DNA of 64,000 nucleotides from Malacoraja senta (taxonomy: Eukaryota), in contig CM075990.1 in assembly GCA_038087875.1 (NCBI GenBank), positions 4,280,001 to 4,344,000 of the forward strand, written 5' to 3'. Of this stretch, positions 35,967 through 48,300 are shown piece by piece (position 1 is the stretch's first letter; the number at the start of each line of letters is the position of its first letter). The notes under the pieces are model-generated. The model saw only the letters and a list, made by a program, of their open reading frames with translations, had not been told where the DNA came from and ran no database searches. Both the position numbers and the translations under genes were made by a program.

Positions 35967-38706
35967 TGATCACATTTGTGCCACAGTATTTAGAAATTTT
36001 AACATGTTGTCTCCATGTTATTAAATTGACATGCAGATTCACCCTCAGCACAGGCAGACAAGTAGGTTATGATGCTTATGGAAAGCAAGGGTACAAGTCC
36101 AAAAATGAATGTCCCCGCTTACATTTCAGAAACTGTGGTGCTCTACGCTGTAAGCATAGAATTGAGTATGATCTGATGAGATTCTTGATTAGTACGGGTG
36201 TCAGGGCAAAGACAGGAGTGTGGGGATGAGAGGGAAGGATTGATCAGCCATGATTGAATGGCGGATTCGACTTGATGGGCCGAATGGCCTAATTCTGCTC
36301 CTATCACTGATGACCTTATCTATGACCTAGGAATAAGGAGTAAGCCATTTAGAACGGAGACGAGGAAACACTTTTTCTCACAGAGAGTGGTGAGTCTGTG
36401 GAATTCTCTGCCTCAGAAGGCGGTGGAGGCAGGTTCTCTGGATGCTTTCAACAGAGAGCTAGATAGGGCTCTTAAAGATAGCGCAGTCAGGGGATATGGG
36501 GAGAAGGCAGGTACGGGGTACTGATTGGGGATGATCAGCCATGATCACATTGAATGGCAGTGCTGGCTCAAAGGGCCGAATGGCCTACTCCTGCACCTAT
36601 TGTCTATTGACATTGGGGCAAATTTTGTATAATTTTGCTCCCAGCAGAAAATCTAGAAATATGAATCCAAGTTGGAGATGGAACTTGCTGCCGTAGCTCT
36701 GGGAAGTGCATGTTGTTGCTCAGAGCCTTGGCTTGTAAAGCTCCAAGCACTAATCTCCAAGCTCCAATCTTGGACACAGTTCATGTGCAATCCCGCTGAC
36801 CCGGTGCTGCCTTCACCCGCGGCAAATTGTTGGGGACGGATGCACATTTTGCTCTGGCCAAATAAAGTCAGACCTTAACGGAAAGCAATATTTCATTTCT
36901 TTGTTCTGTATTCTCTTGCTATTCCTTAAAATATTTTGAAAGTATTTGAACAAGTGAAACCAACAGGCTTTTTGGAAGTCAGCAGTCTCTGCTCTGCAGG
37001 AGAAACTGCACTGTGTGTTATATTTGCCGAGGGAGTTGAGATTAACGTTATTTTGTCTCCTTTTCAACGTAGTTGGCAGCAGACGAACTCTTCCTCACTT
37101 AACTACCCGGCTGAATCTGCTCACGTCAATAGAACTAGGTACTTTCCTACTGATTTGTGTCTAAGTCATTACAAGTTGGTAACAGAGCACTAATGCAGTT
37201 ACCCACAAGGGTAATATTAACCGGTTAACAGAGGCACCGAGTATTCACGTTGCATGGATACGTGCATTGCTCCTGCTTCATTCACAGCGCAGGCTCATTT
37301 CTGCATTTAAACAAGGCTAACATCAAGTCTACTCCACCCTCACATCAGTCTGAAGAAGGGTTTCGATCCGAAATGTTGCCTATTTCCTTCGCTCCATAGA
37401 TGCTGCCTCACCCGCTGAGTTTCTCCAGCATTTTTGTCTACCATCAAGTCTACTCCGCCATTCAATCATGGCTGATCTATCTCTCCCTCTCAACCCCATT
37501 CTCCTGCCTTCTCCCCATAACCCCTGACACCCGTACTAATCAAGAATCTGTCAATCTCTGCCTTAAAAATATCTATTGACTTGACCTCCACAGCCTTCTG
37601 TGGCAACTAATTCCACAGATTCACCACCCACTGAGTAAAGAAATTCTTCTTCATCTCCTTTCTAAAGGTATATCCTTATATTCTGAGGATATGGCATCTG
37701 GTCCTAGACTCTCCCACTAGTGGAAACATCCTGTCCACATTCACTCTATTTCACAATTCAGTAAGTTTCAATGAAGTCCCCCTCACCCTTGTAAACTCCA
37801 GCAAGGACATGCCCAGTGCCGTCAAATGTTCATCATATGTTAACCCAATCATCCCTGGTTTGCTAATCTCTTTCTCTCCCAACCTTGTGGGTTTTAGATT
37901 TGTAGACTCCAAATCAGACCCAACTGCACTGAAACCCAGTATATGGCCTTTCTTTGCTAACCTACAAAAGAGCAACATAGCTTGGAAGACATAACTCTCT
38001 AAAAAAGAGGTGGACACAACTTGCATGCTGATGTAACTGACAAATCCATAACTAATATGCGGCTGTTTCTTAAATTATCAACGCAGTCCCCCTACCTGGC
38101 TCTGGGGCACAGGACCTGCTGACTGAGACTTTTTAAGTCACATCTGTGTGTCACAAGGAAAGTGGAAGGAAAGGACGCTAAGTGATGGAGTAACTTGGCG
38201 CCTCAGGCAGCATCTCTGGAGAATATGGACAGGTGGCGTTTCGAGTCGGGTCCCTTCTTCGACATGGGGAGAGTTGATGTGGAGAGGATGTTTCCACTAG
38301 TGGGAGAGTCTCGGACCAGAGGCCAAAGCCTCAGAATGTAAGGACATACCTTTAGAAAGATGAGGAATTTCTTGAGTCAGAGGGTGGTGAATCTGTGCAA
38401 TTCATTGCCACAGATGGCTGTGAAGGCCAAGTCAATGGATATTTTTTAAGGCAGAGATTGACAGATTCCTGATTAATTTGGGTGTCAGGGGTTATGGGGA
38501 GAAGGCAGGAGAATGGGGTTGGGAGGGAAAGATAGATCAGCCATGATTGAATGGCGGAGTAGACTTGATGGACTAATTCTGCTCCTATAACCTATGAACT
38601 TATGACATGAAGAAGGGTCCCGACCCAAAATGTAATCTATCCATGTTCTCCGGAGATGCTCCAGAAACGCTGAGTTCCTCTCGCACTTTGTTTTCTTTTG
38701 TGCAAA

Positions 38707-38795
38707 GCAACATCTGCAGCAACATCTGCAGCAACATCTGCAGCAACATCTGCAGCAACATCTGCAGCAACATCTGCAGCAACATCTGCAGCAAC
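38707..38795. repeat. 12-bp tandem repeat (GCAACATCTGCA) x7; duplicated at ~51557
   Basis: Direct reading. Confidence 0.92.
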
Positions 38796-39933
38796 CTGTC
38801 TCTACGAGGTGCAAGGAACGGTGAGCACGCGATATTCACGGGGAACGGTCCGTTTTGTTTCTGGTTTCCTTTTCTCTGTGCAGGAGCTTGATAAAGCCAC
38901 TCCTGCATTGGAAAGTGAAGGTACATAAGTACAAAGTGCTCTCTTAATGCCCGAGGATTGATAAGGGCAGAGCTGTGGACGTTACTGATATGGACTTGAA
39001 ACAAAGCGTTTGACAAGATTGTGGTCATCTGGAAGGTAAGGGAACTATGGGGAGTGCTAGCTAATTGGATACCTAGTTGGCTTGATGGTAAGAAGCAGAA
39101 GTTGATGGCGGCAGGTTCGTTATCGGACGAGAGGCCCTGATCAGTGTTGTGTCTCTGGGAACGATGTTGGGCTCATTGTTGTTTGTCATTTATATAAACG
39201 ATTTGGATGCATCAAATAGTGAAAGGCCTGGATAGAGTGGATGTGGAGAGGATGTCTCCATTATTGGGAGAGTCTAGGACCAGAGGCCACATCCTCAGAA
39301 TAACAGGACGTACCTTTAGAAATTGAGATGAGGAGGAATTTCTTTAGTCAGAGGGTGGTGAATCTGTGGAATTCTTTGCCACAGAAGGCTGTGGAGGCAA
39401 AGTCATTGGATATATTTAAGGCAGAGATTGATAGATTCTTGATTAGTACGGGTGTCAGGGGTTATGGTGAGAAAGAAGGAGAATGGGGTTAGGAGGGAGA
39501 GATAGATCAGCCATGATTGACTGGCAGAGTAGACTTGATAGTTGGAATGGTCTAATTCTGCTCCTATCACTTGTGACCTGATGAACTTTGTTATAGACTA
39601 CTTTGAAGAAGTTCTCCCACGGGAGTTCTGCAACACCCTCTCTCGTTGTTCCCCCTCTGTGATTCCTCCTGCTCCAGCTCCACCACCACGTTTTATCATT
39701 GTCTGCTTTGATCAGTCGTTTTCACACCTTACATTCTCTTTGTAAACCCTTCCATACCTCTAGTTTCCTGCTCCCCTGACTCTCAGTCTGAAGAAGGGAC
39801 TCGACCTGAAACGTCACCCATTCCCTCTCTCCAGAGATGCTGCCTGTCCCAGCATTTTGAGTCTATCTTTGTTATAGATGTCTCTTGCTGAAAGGTCCTC
39901 GTGGGCATGAGGCGGGGAGAGTGTGAGTGGAAC

Positions 39934-40453
39934 TAGAGTTGCCAACTTTCTCTCTCCCAAATAAGGGACAAAAGGTCAAAATACGGGACAAATACCCGAC
40001 GGGAATTTGATTACCGACTCGGCGGTGGCTGGATGAATGATGAGTTGGCCCGGGTGCTGGACTGCACACAAAGCCCAGCCGGCGGGCCAGCTGAGGGGTT
40101 TTGGCCCGCGTGATGTCACGCGCAAAGTTCGGCGCCCCATCCAACTCATGAACCGATGATCGGCCATGAGAAGGAGGGGTGGTGGTGTCGGCGGTAAGCG
40201 AAGGTGCGAAGGTCGGACAGCTGGCCGGGCTGCCGACCGACGGGGCCACGGGCGAGGTGCTGCTGCTGCACTCCATGGGCTGCACAACGTCGGGACGGGT
40301 GAGGCGGGGCCGGACGCGGCGCTCCGACCCGACAGTCCCCTCGACCCGAGTAGTAGCAGTCAAATACGGGACAAGGGCGGTCTCGTTTGGGACAAACCAA
40401 TTTAACCCCAAAAAAGGGATGTCCCGGCTAATACAGGACTGTTGGCAACCCTA
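39934..40453. mobile_element. hAT MITE with TAGRGTTGCCAAC TIRs (duplicated at ~52784-53303)
   Basis: 8-bp TSD AGTGGAAC on both sides; subterminal ACGGGACA repeats. Confidence 0.82.
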
Positions 40454-41198
40454 AGTGGAACGCAGGATGTTTAATGCCAGTTCCGCATCACCATTACACT
40501 GGCTATTGCCCTTGTTGCCTGACCCGCCACTCCCACCAAAGGTACACTGGACGACAGCCAGTGGCAAAAACTTGGGGGGATAAAAAAGAGAGGAAAATGT
40601 TTTTAGTTTAGTTTATTTATTGTCACATGTACAGTGAAAAGCTTTTGTTGCGTGCTAAAGGGTCTTGACCCGAAACGTCGCCCATTCCTTCTCTCCAGAG
40701 ATGCTGCCTGTCCAGAGTCCTGAGTTACTCCAGCATTTTGTGTCTGTCAGCGGAAAGACCGTACATGATTACCAGCGAGCCATCCACAGTGTGCAGAGAG
40801 ATTTGAAAGAGTGGAGCGATTGTAGTGGGTGATTACCGATGACCAACACCCAAAGAGTCCCTTGGCTTGGGCACCATCTTGGATCGAGCAAAGCCAAACC
40901 AAGCTCCTCACACTGGGCTGGGGCCACCGGAGCCTGATTGTGATTAACCGTTTAAACTTGCTGCTGCCATAATCATAGACAACTAATGCTTCTGTACTTT
41001 ACCATCGAGCGTGGGTGAGAGTTGGCGGTTCATTGCACTTCCAGGATCCGGCTCTCTGGCTCCCCCACCTGATCGGAGGTCTGCGCCATTGACGATGAGG
41101 AGGACTCTGCAGTTCGCTACCTGTTGACCAACCTGCCTCCACTGCCCGCATATTCCCCACTCACTCTCCACCCTGTCTTTTTTCTCTTTCCCTCGCAG

Positions 41199-41323
41199 TG
41201 ACGGCTTCAGAAGCGGCGGCATGGCGAGCAGCCCCCCGGCCCCACCACCCCCAGCACCTGCCTCCAAACCCAACCTGGTCAGCACGGCCAGCATCAGACC
41301 TGCTCCCTATCAGCAGCCTAAAG
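41199..41323 (+). CDS. LDB3: LDB3 exon (equivalent to human exon 11), 125 bp, phase 2/1
   Basis: ttccctcgcag|TGACGG...CCTAAAG|gtaaca; translates DGFRSGGMASSPPAPPPPAPASKPNLVSTASIRPAPYQQPK (cf. human KPRVVTTASIRPSVYQP). Confidence 0.88.
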
Positions 41324-41836
41324 GTAACAACCGGAGCAGCCACTCCCACTGCAGGAGCAGGTTCCCAGAGAGGAGCATGTGATGGGAGGCTCCCAGAGGG
41401 AAGGAAGAAATCGGGGGGTTCCCAGATAGGAGGAAGTGATGGGAGTGATTCATTGCCACAGACGGTTGCGGAGGCCAAGTCAATGGATATATTTAAGGCA
41501 GAGATAGATAGATTCTTGATTAGTGCGGGTGTCAAGGGTTACGGGGAGAAGGCAGGAGAATGGGGTAAGGAGAAAGAGATAGATCAGCCATGATTGAATG
41601 ACAGCGTAGACTTGATGGGCCGAATGGCCTAATTCTGCTCATAATTTATGAACATTTCCGCATTTAGTGGGAGATTGTTCAGTTTCATTTCGCTGGCAGA
41701 CGTCTGTGAACTCCAGCCTCCGGCTAGACTTTTTATATCGATGGGAGGGAGTTTAAAAAACTTGCAAGAGTTTGGCGGTGGGAGTTTGTGGAGTTTGCAC
41801 TTTGCAATCTGATTGCGTGTGTGTTGTATTGCTCAG

Positions 41837-42203
41837 CCCCCCCTGCTCAGGTGCACAGCAGCACGGCTGCATTCAACGTGGCCAAGCCGGCTGCATCGCT
41901 GGAAGCCGTGCAGCCCCCGGCAACGGGCAGCCGCCCGCCGTGGGTGACAGACGACACTTTTGCCCAGAAGTTTCAGGCGGGGAAAAGCACCACCACGCTG
42001 ACCAAACACATCCAGCCGCTGCCTCACTCTGCTCCGCCCAAGCCGCCGGTGTTGGCGCCGCCCCAGCCTCCTGCCCGTGAACCCGCTCACGGCCCGCTGC
42101 CCGGCCAGACCGCCGGGGGCATCCGCAACCTGGTGCAGAGAGCAGAGCGCTTCCCCGCCAGCAGCCGCACCCCACTGTGCGGGCAGTGCAACAGCATCAT
42201 CAG
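41837..42203 (+). CDS. LDB3: LDB3 exon (equivalent to human exon 12) ending at the start of LIM1, 367 bp, phase 1/2
   Basis: gtattgctcag|CCCCCC...ATCATCAG|gtacgc; contains [22 protein letters not shown] and [23 protein letters not shown]. Confidence 0.93.
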
Positions 42204-42222
42204 GTACGCTCTCGGTTCCACC

Positions 42223-42631
42223 CAAAGATCCTATAGCGAGCAAGATAGATCACTCGACGAAAAAGACGTACTACGGTCATGGGCAGATTCATGGGTAATT
42301 TAAGGCCCCATTTCCGTAACCGGCTTCCGTCTCCGCACCAAAGATCCCATAGGATAATAGTGTGGAGACGGGAGACGGAAGCCGGTTACGGAAACATCCT
42401 CGTAAAAATAAAAGTTATTTGGTAAAAATCTTCTCATTTTCAGAATTTTAATTTATTAACACAAACTGTTCCCCCACAACGTTGATTACACTGCGAGTCG
42501 GGTCGGGTCGGGTTGGATCCGGTTACTGAAATGGATGAAAAAAAGGCCCACGTTCCGCTCCGTTGCGTACTACACGTCAGCCCATTGCATTTAGCAGGAG
42601 TGGTCTATCTTGCTCCGCTATTGGATCTTTG
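42223..42631. mobile_element. hAT-type MITE, same family (duplicate at 55076-55484)
   Basis: Perfect 8-bp TSD GTTCCACC. Confidence 0.88.
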
Positions 42632-43554
42632 GTTCCACCAGGACCGGCCATGGGCGTGGGCGCTGATTGACTTGTAGTGCCACCAGGTGGAACTATGAGG
42701 AAGTGCGGCGCTACGGTAGAGTTGCTGCCTTATTGCGCCACAGACCCGGAATCAAATCCTGTTCTTTTGCTGCAGACAAAAACTTGTCGCTAATCCAAGT
42801 TGGTTTTGTTGGTGGACAGCACGGTGGCGCAGCGGTATTCTTGCTGCCTTCCTGCGCCACAGACCCGGGCTCGATGCTGACTCTGTTTTCCTGCAGTCAC
42901 TGTTTATCCAAGCTGCTTTAATTTGTGGGCAGCACAGTGGTGCAGCTGGTAGAGTTGCTGCCTCACAGCACCTGAGATCCACGCTCCATCCAATCCTCAG
43001 GTACTGTCTGTGTGGAGTTTGCACGTTCTCCATGTGACCGTGTGGGTTTCCTCTGGGTGTTCCGGTTACCCCCCACACTCCAAAGACATGCTGGTTTGTA
43101 GGTTAATTTTCTTCGGTAAATTTGTAAATTGTTCTTAGCATGCAGGATAGTGTTAGTGTATGGGGATCACTGATCGGCGTGGACTAGGTGGGCCGATGAG
43201 CCTGTTTCCGTGTTGAACGGGAGCGGAACCAGAGCACCCGGAGAAAACCCATGCGGTCACGAAGAGAATGTACAAACTCCATACAGACAGCATCCGTAGT
43301 CCGGATCGAACCTGGGTCTCTGGTGCTGTAAGGCAGCAACTCTTCCGCTGCACCACACTGAGTTGGGAAGTTGTGTTGTGAATCTGACCTCTCCTGCCCT
43401 CTACAGTTTCTATATGATTCAGGATCCAAGGAGAGTTTAAAATTCAAATCTCAAAAGCCAAGTGGAAATGTTGGCACCAATCCTATAGCAGAGGAAAATA
43501 GTATTCTGGAATGATGACCAAACTAATTGTTGGAACAAATTTAAAGAGTTCAGC

Positions 43555-43693
43555 CTCTTCGTCTTGCGTATGGCGTGCACTGCCTAAGGTTGTAGAACAA
43601 CTTGTTCTATTTGATCTTATTTGATTGTGCACGCCGGGTTGATTGCATTTGTTGAAACAGGGCGGACCACGTGAAGGTTGCATCTCCCACCCC
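43555..43693 (-). mobile_element. Second copy of the ribozyme-headed element (ribozyme at 43641-43693); duplicated at 56408-56546
   Basis: Reverse complement reads GGGGTGG GA GATGCA ACC TTCACGT GGT CCGCCCT GT TTCAA CAAA TGCAATC; flanking direct repeat AAGAGTT(cagc/aggc). Confidence 0.78.
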
Positions 43694-44652
43694 AAGAGTT
43701 AGGCAATTTCTTGTTGGGAAAGCTGTTGCAGGATTTAGTTGTAGAACACAGAGTGAAATGATAGTTGGTTTGGACGGATGTGGTAGTTTAGTTCAGAGAT
43801 ACAGCATGGAAACAGGCCCTATGGCCTACCTTGTCAGCACCGATCAGCGATCCCCATACACTAGCACTATCCTACACACTTGGGACAATTTACAACCAAA
43901 GCCAATTAACCTACAAACCTGTACATCTTTGAAGTGTGGAAGGAAACTAGAGCACCCGGGGAGAACCCACGCGGTCACAGGGAGAAATTACAAACTCCAT
44001 ACAGACAGCACCCGTAGTCAGGGTCGAACCCGGCTCTCTGGCACTGTAAGGTAGCAACTACCGCTGCACCACCGTGCCTCTCACTAGTTGAAGAGCAGTG
44101 TTGCCGACTTCCGGAGGTGCCGCCGTGGCAGATGCCTTCAGGAGGTGCCGCTGAGAAGCTGAGGCCGGAGCCTCATGGCCCGGGCCTCGCGGGTCAGAGC
44201 CTGGGCATCGCGGGTCGGAGGTGGAGCCTCGCGGGTCGACAAAGCCTGTGGCCAACGGCCCCTGGGTCTGTGGAGCCCGTGACGGCCTGGGTCGGCGCCA
44301 CGGAGGCGTCCGGACTGGACCCGGCGGCGATACTGGAGAGATCGGTGCGGCGGGCGATGATGGCATATGAGGACGGACCACGTGGAAGTGAGGACGCCGC
44401 TGGCGGGGGATGGAACAAAGGAGGACCCGGGGGGGGGGGGGTGAGAACAAAGGGGGAACTGGCGCGGGAGGGGGGATGGGTGTGGAAGAATATGTAACTA
44501 TGTAAGCGCCCATTATAGGCGACTATTTGCATACCTTGGGTACGCAAGCAAAACATTTCACTGTGACTTGTCACATGTGGCAATAAAGTATTCAATTCTC
44601 TTCCACAAGTACCACATGTCACTTTACAAGACGTCTCTCCTTCTGTTTCCAG

Positions 44653-44833
44653 AGGTCCTTTCCTTGTGGCTTTGGGCCGCTCCTGGCACCCGGAGGAGTT
44701 TAACTGCACTTACTGCAAGGTCTCCCTGGTTGACACTGGCTTTGTGGAGGAGCAGAACAATATTTACTGTGAGAAATGCTACGAGCAGTTCTTCGCTCCA
44801 AATTGTGCCAAATGCAATGCAAAGATCATGGGG
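44653..44833 (+). CDS. LDB3: LDB3 LIM1/LIM2-start exon, 181 bp, phase 2/0
   Basis: ttctgtttccag|AGGTCCTTTC...ATGGGG|gtaagt; translates [60 protein letters not shown]. Confidence 0.96.
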
Positions 44834-45157
44834 GTAAGTGAAGGCCTGTAGCCAACAGTACTGCCAGCAGACAGGTAGGTGGCAGCACTGATCTAGCAGA
44901 GGAACTAACCATCCACTCATCCATAGGATGCCGTTCTGAAATACACTGTGATTCGCTTGCAGTAGAAGCTAGATAGTTTATATCACATGCATTTTTAGAA
45001 GTAAAAGAGAATAATTTATGTACTCTTCATGTAGGGACTCAAGATAATACTTACAAGAATGATCCCAGAAATAATTGGGTTAACATATGATGAGCTTTTG
45101 ACGGCACTGGGCCTGGTTTAGTTTAAACTCGCTCTAGTTTAGAAGGATGAGGGGGAC

Positions 45158-45357
45158 NNNNNNNNNNNNNNNNNNNNNNNNNNNNNNNNNNNNNNNNNNN
45201 NNNNNNNNNNNNNNNNNNNNNNNNNNNNNNNNNNNNNNNNNNNNNNNNNNNNNNNNNNNNNNNNNNNNNNNNNNNNNNNNNNNNNNNNNNNNNNNNNNNN
45301 NNNNNNNNNNNNNNNNNNNNNNNNNNNNNNNNNNNNNNNNNNNNNNNNNNNNNNNNN
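45158..45357. other. Assembly gap (200 N) separating two copies of a 12.7-kb block
   Basis: Run of N. Confidence 1.
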
Positions 45358-48300
45358 GTCTTTGTAATACATGTGTTTCTCTAATGTTCTTCTCGGAGTA
45401 GATCCGATGTCAAGCCACCCAAACCAAGGACTGCTTTAGAGGCGATTTGCATCACTCCTCTTTTCAACGCGTCCTATTTGCCCCAACGAACCCGACCTAG
45501 TACCATTCCCCTGGGAAAGGCCAAGATGAGGTACCATAACTCAGTGGAAACTAATCCAGCAAAGGGCCACATGTGCAGAGCATATACGGATAAACATGGA
45601 TTAATAACTGGACAACAAGCCCTAGCAATAGTTGAACTGTTCATCCTGACTTCTGTCCGGAATGAATATTAGCGTGTGCTAAGACATTACTTGGTGTGTT
45701 GCAGATATATTACAGTTTTTCAGGCAGAAGATGCACCTGTTCCTCTGTCTCTCCAGTCTTAGTTTAGTTTACAGGTACAGTGCGGAAACGGGTCCTTCAG
45801 TCCACCGAGTCCGCGCTGACCAGTGATCCCCATTCACTAGCACACTCCTACACACTAGGAACAATTTACACATCTTACCAAAGCCAATTAACCTACACGC
45901 GTGTTTGGAGTGTGGGAGGAAACCGGAAGGAATCAGCAGTAGTCAGGATCGAACCCGGGTCTCTGGTGCTGTTAGGCAGCATCTCTACCACTGTGCCATC
46001 ATGCCGCCCAGTACAACACTGTTCCCACCTGCTGCCTCCAAGTGAGCTATGTTCTAATAGTTCAGAGCTGGCCTCTGAGCCAAGAGTTTGTGGATTCCAG
46101 CCCCATCCCGAGAGAACTGAGCACAAAATCCTGGCTGATCCACAAGTCCAGTACCAAAGAAGGAACTGCAGATGCTGGAAAATCGAAGGTAGACAAAAGT
46201 GCTGGAGAAACTCAGCGGGTGCAGCAGCATCTATGGAGCGAAGGAAATAAGCAACGTTTCGGCTCGAAACATTGCCTATTTCCTTCGTTCCATAGATGCT
46301 GCTGCACCCGCTGAGTTTCTCCAGCACTTTTGTCTACCTTCAGTACCAAAGTGTGTTGTTGCAAGAGAGGTGGAACTTAGCTCACATCTGCCCTCTAGAG
46401 GCCATCGACGATCCCAAGACACCACTGAGCTAGTTGTTAGACTTTAGTCATAGAGTGATACAGCATGGAATCAGGCCCTTCAGCCCAACTTGCCCACACC
46501 AGCCAACATGTCCCATCTATACTAGTCCCACCTGCCTGATTTTGGCCCATAGCCTTCTAAACCTATCCTATCCATGTACCTGTCTAAATGTTTCTTAAAC
46601 AGGTGATAGTCCCTGCCTTTACTTCCTACCTCAGCTAGTTCCATAATCCCACCACTCTTTGTATGAAGAAATTACTCCTCAGGTTCCGATTTTAGTCTTT
46701 AGACTCTAGATATATAGCGGAGAGAAAGGCTCTTCGGCCCACCGATTCCGTACCGACCATTGATCACCCCGTACACTAGCACTCCTACACACTAGGAACA
46801 ATTTACAAATTTACTGAAGCCAATTAACCTACAAACCAGCACGTCTTTGGAGCGTGGGAGGAAACCGGAGCCCCTTGAGAAAACCCACGCAGGTCACGGG
46901 GAGAACGTACATGCCCCGTACAGACAAGCGCCTGTAGTCAGGATCGAACCCGGGTCTCTGGTGCTGTAAGGCACCAACTCTCCCACTGTACCACCCGTTG
47001 TCCTCCATATCTTGGCCCAATAGTTAACCCACAGGCAACACCTTAATACTAGCGATCTGCCCCATAGCTCACTTTTTGTTGGAAGTCGGCAAGCTTTATA
47101 CACACACGAGTGGCTGCACAGTTGCTGGAAAGATGACGTGGCATCTCCTGAGTTTGCAGAAGGCGCCAAAGAAAAGCAGTGTTGAGATGTGAGAGGGCAG
47201 AGTGGGATAAGTGGTCCTTTCATTCTTCCTGTGCTGTGAGGAGCCTGCACGCCCCCCCCCCCCCCCTCCTTTCATGAGCGTGGTGTTCAGGGGTGGTGGT
47301 GGAGGGAGAGATACTGGGGCCTGACAGGGACTGCACTCAGTCACCTGATGGTCAGACACCCCTTGCTCTTGCTCACCACGAACTGGGACGTTGGCCTCAC
47401 AGCAGGTAGTGCTGCTGCCTCGCAGCGCCAGTGACTCAGGGTCAATCCCAAATGACATGAAGTCAGAAGCTCTCAGCTGCGAAGTGTTCAGTGAGTTATA
47501 TCTGCAACACCAGACGGTTGTAAATAACACATTTATTACGATAGGATAAAATGTTATTCATCCCTGGAGGGAAATTTGTCTGCCAACAGTCATAACACAC
47601 AATAAGGTACATGATAACTTGAAATTAAAATTAAATTAAAAGTGAATTGAGCAATATCTGACCTGGGGTGATAATGTTAATAGGTTTTTTAGAATGAATC
47701 TTTGCTTGGAGTTGGGTCTGCCACGATAAACTTTCCATGTATACCCTTCCCATGTGGACAGCATGAAGAAAGCTTATGCCTCCCCCACCCTCTTCACCAC
47801 ACTCATGCCTAATATGCAGCTGTGACGCCCAGTTACCAACTAGCTTCACTTCTTCCACTGTGTGTGTGGGGTTTCTCTGGGCTTTGTTTCAACGCGATGA
47901 CAATTTATAAAGAATTAAAAAAATAATAATAATCGCACTTTTCTTAATCGGCGATTGCACTAATAAATGTGGAATCCGCTTTTACTGCAACTGATGAATC
48001 TCCAGGGAGTGGTGAAGCAGTCTCTCTAAGCGCTACTTTCAATAGGCAGTCAGATGCTCACCTTTCCCCATGTTCTTTCTCCAATATCATGTTTCTCATT
48101 ATTAAGGTAGAATTTCCAGGTCTGTGCTTGAATCTAAGCCAATGCAAGACCATCTCTTCCGGGGGTTGGCATTGTGTTGGGCCACCGCTGGGACAGAGTT
48201 CCCTGTCAGAAGAGTAGACACAATGTGTAGGAAGGAACTGCAGATGCTGGTTTTAACCCAAGATAGACTGGAGTAACTCAGCGGGACAGGCCCGAAAAAG

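Noticed and set aside
38485..39028. Cys-rich (CCCR)n and (LLQM)n ORFs
   Set aside because: Translations of the 12-bp tandem repeat.
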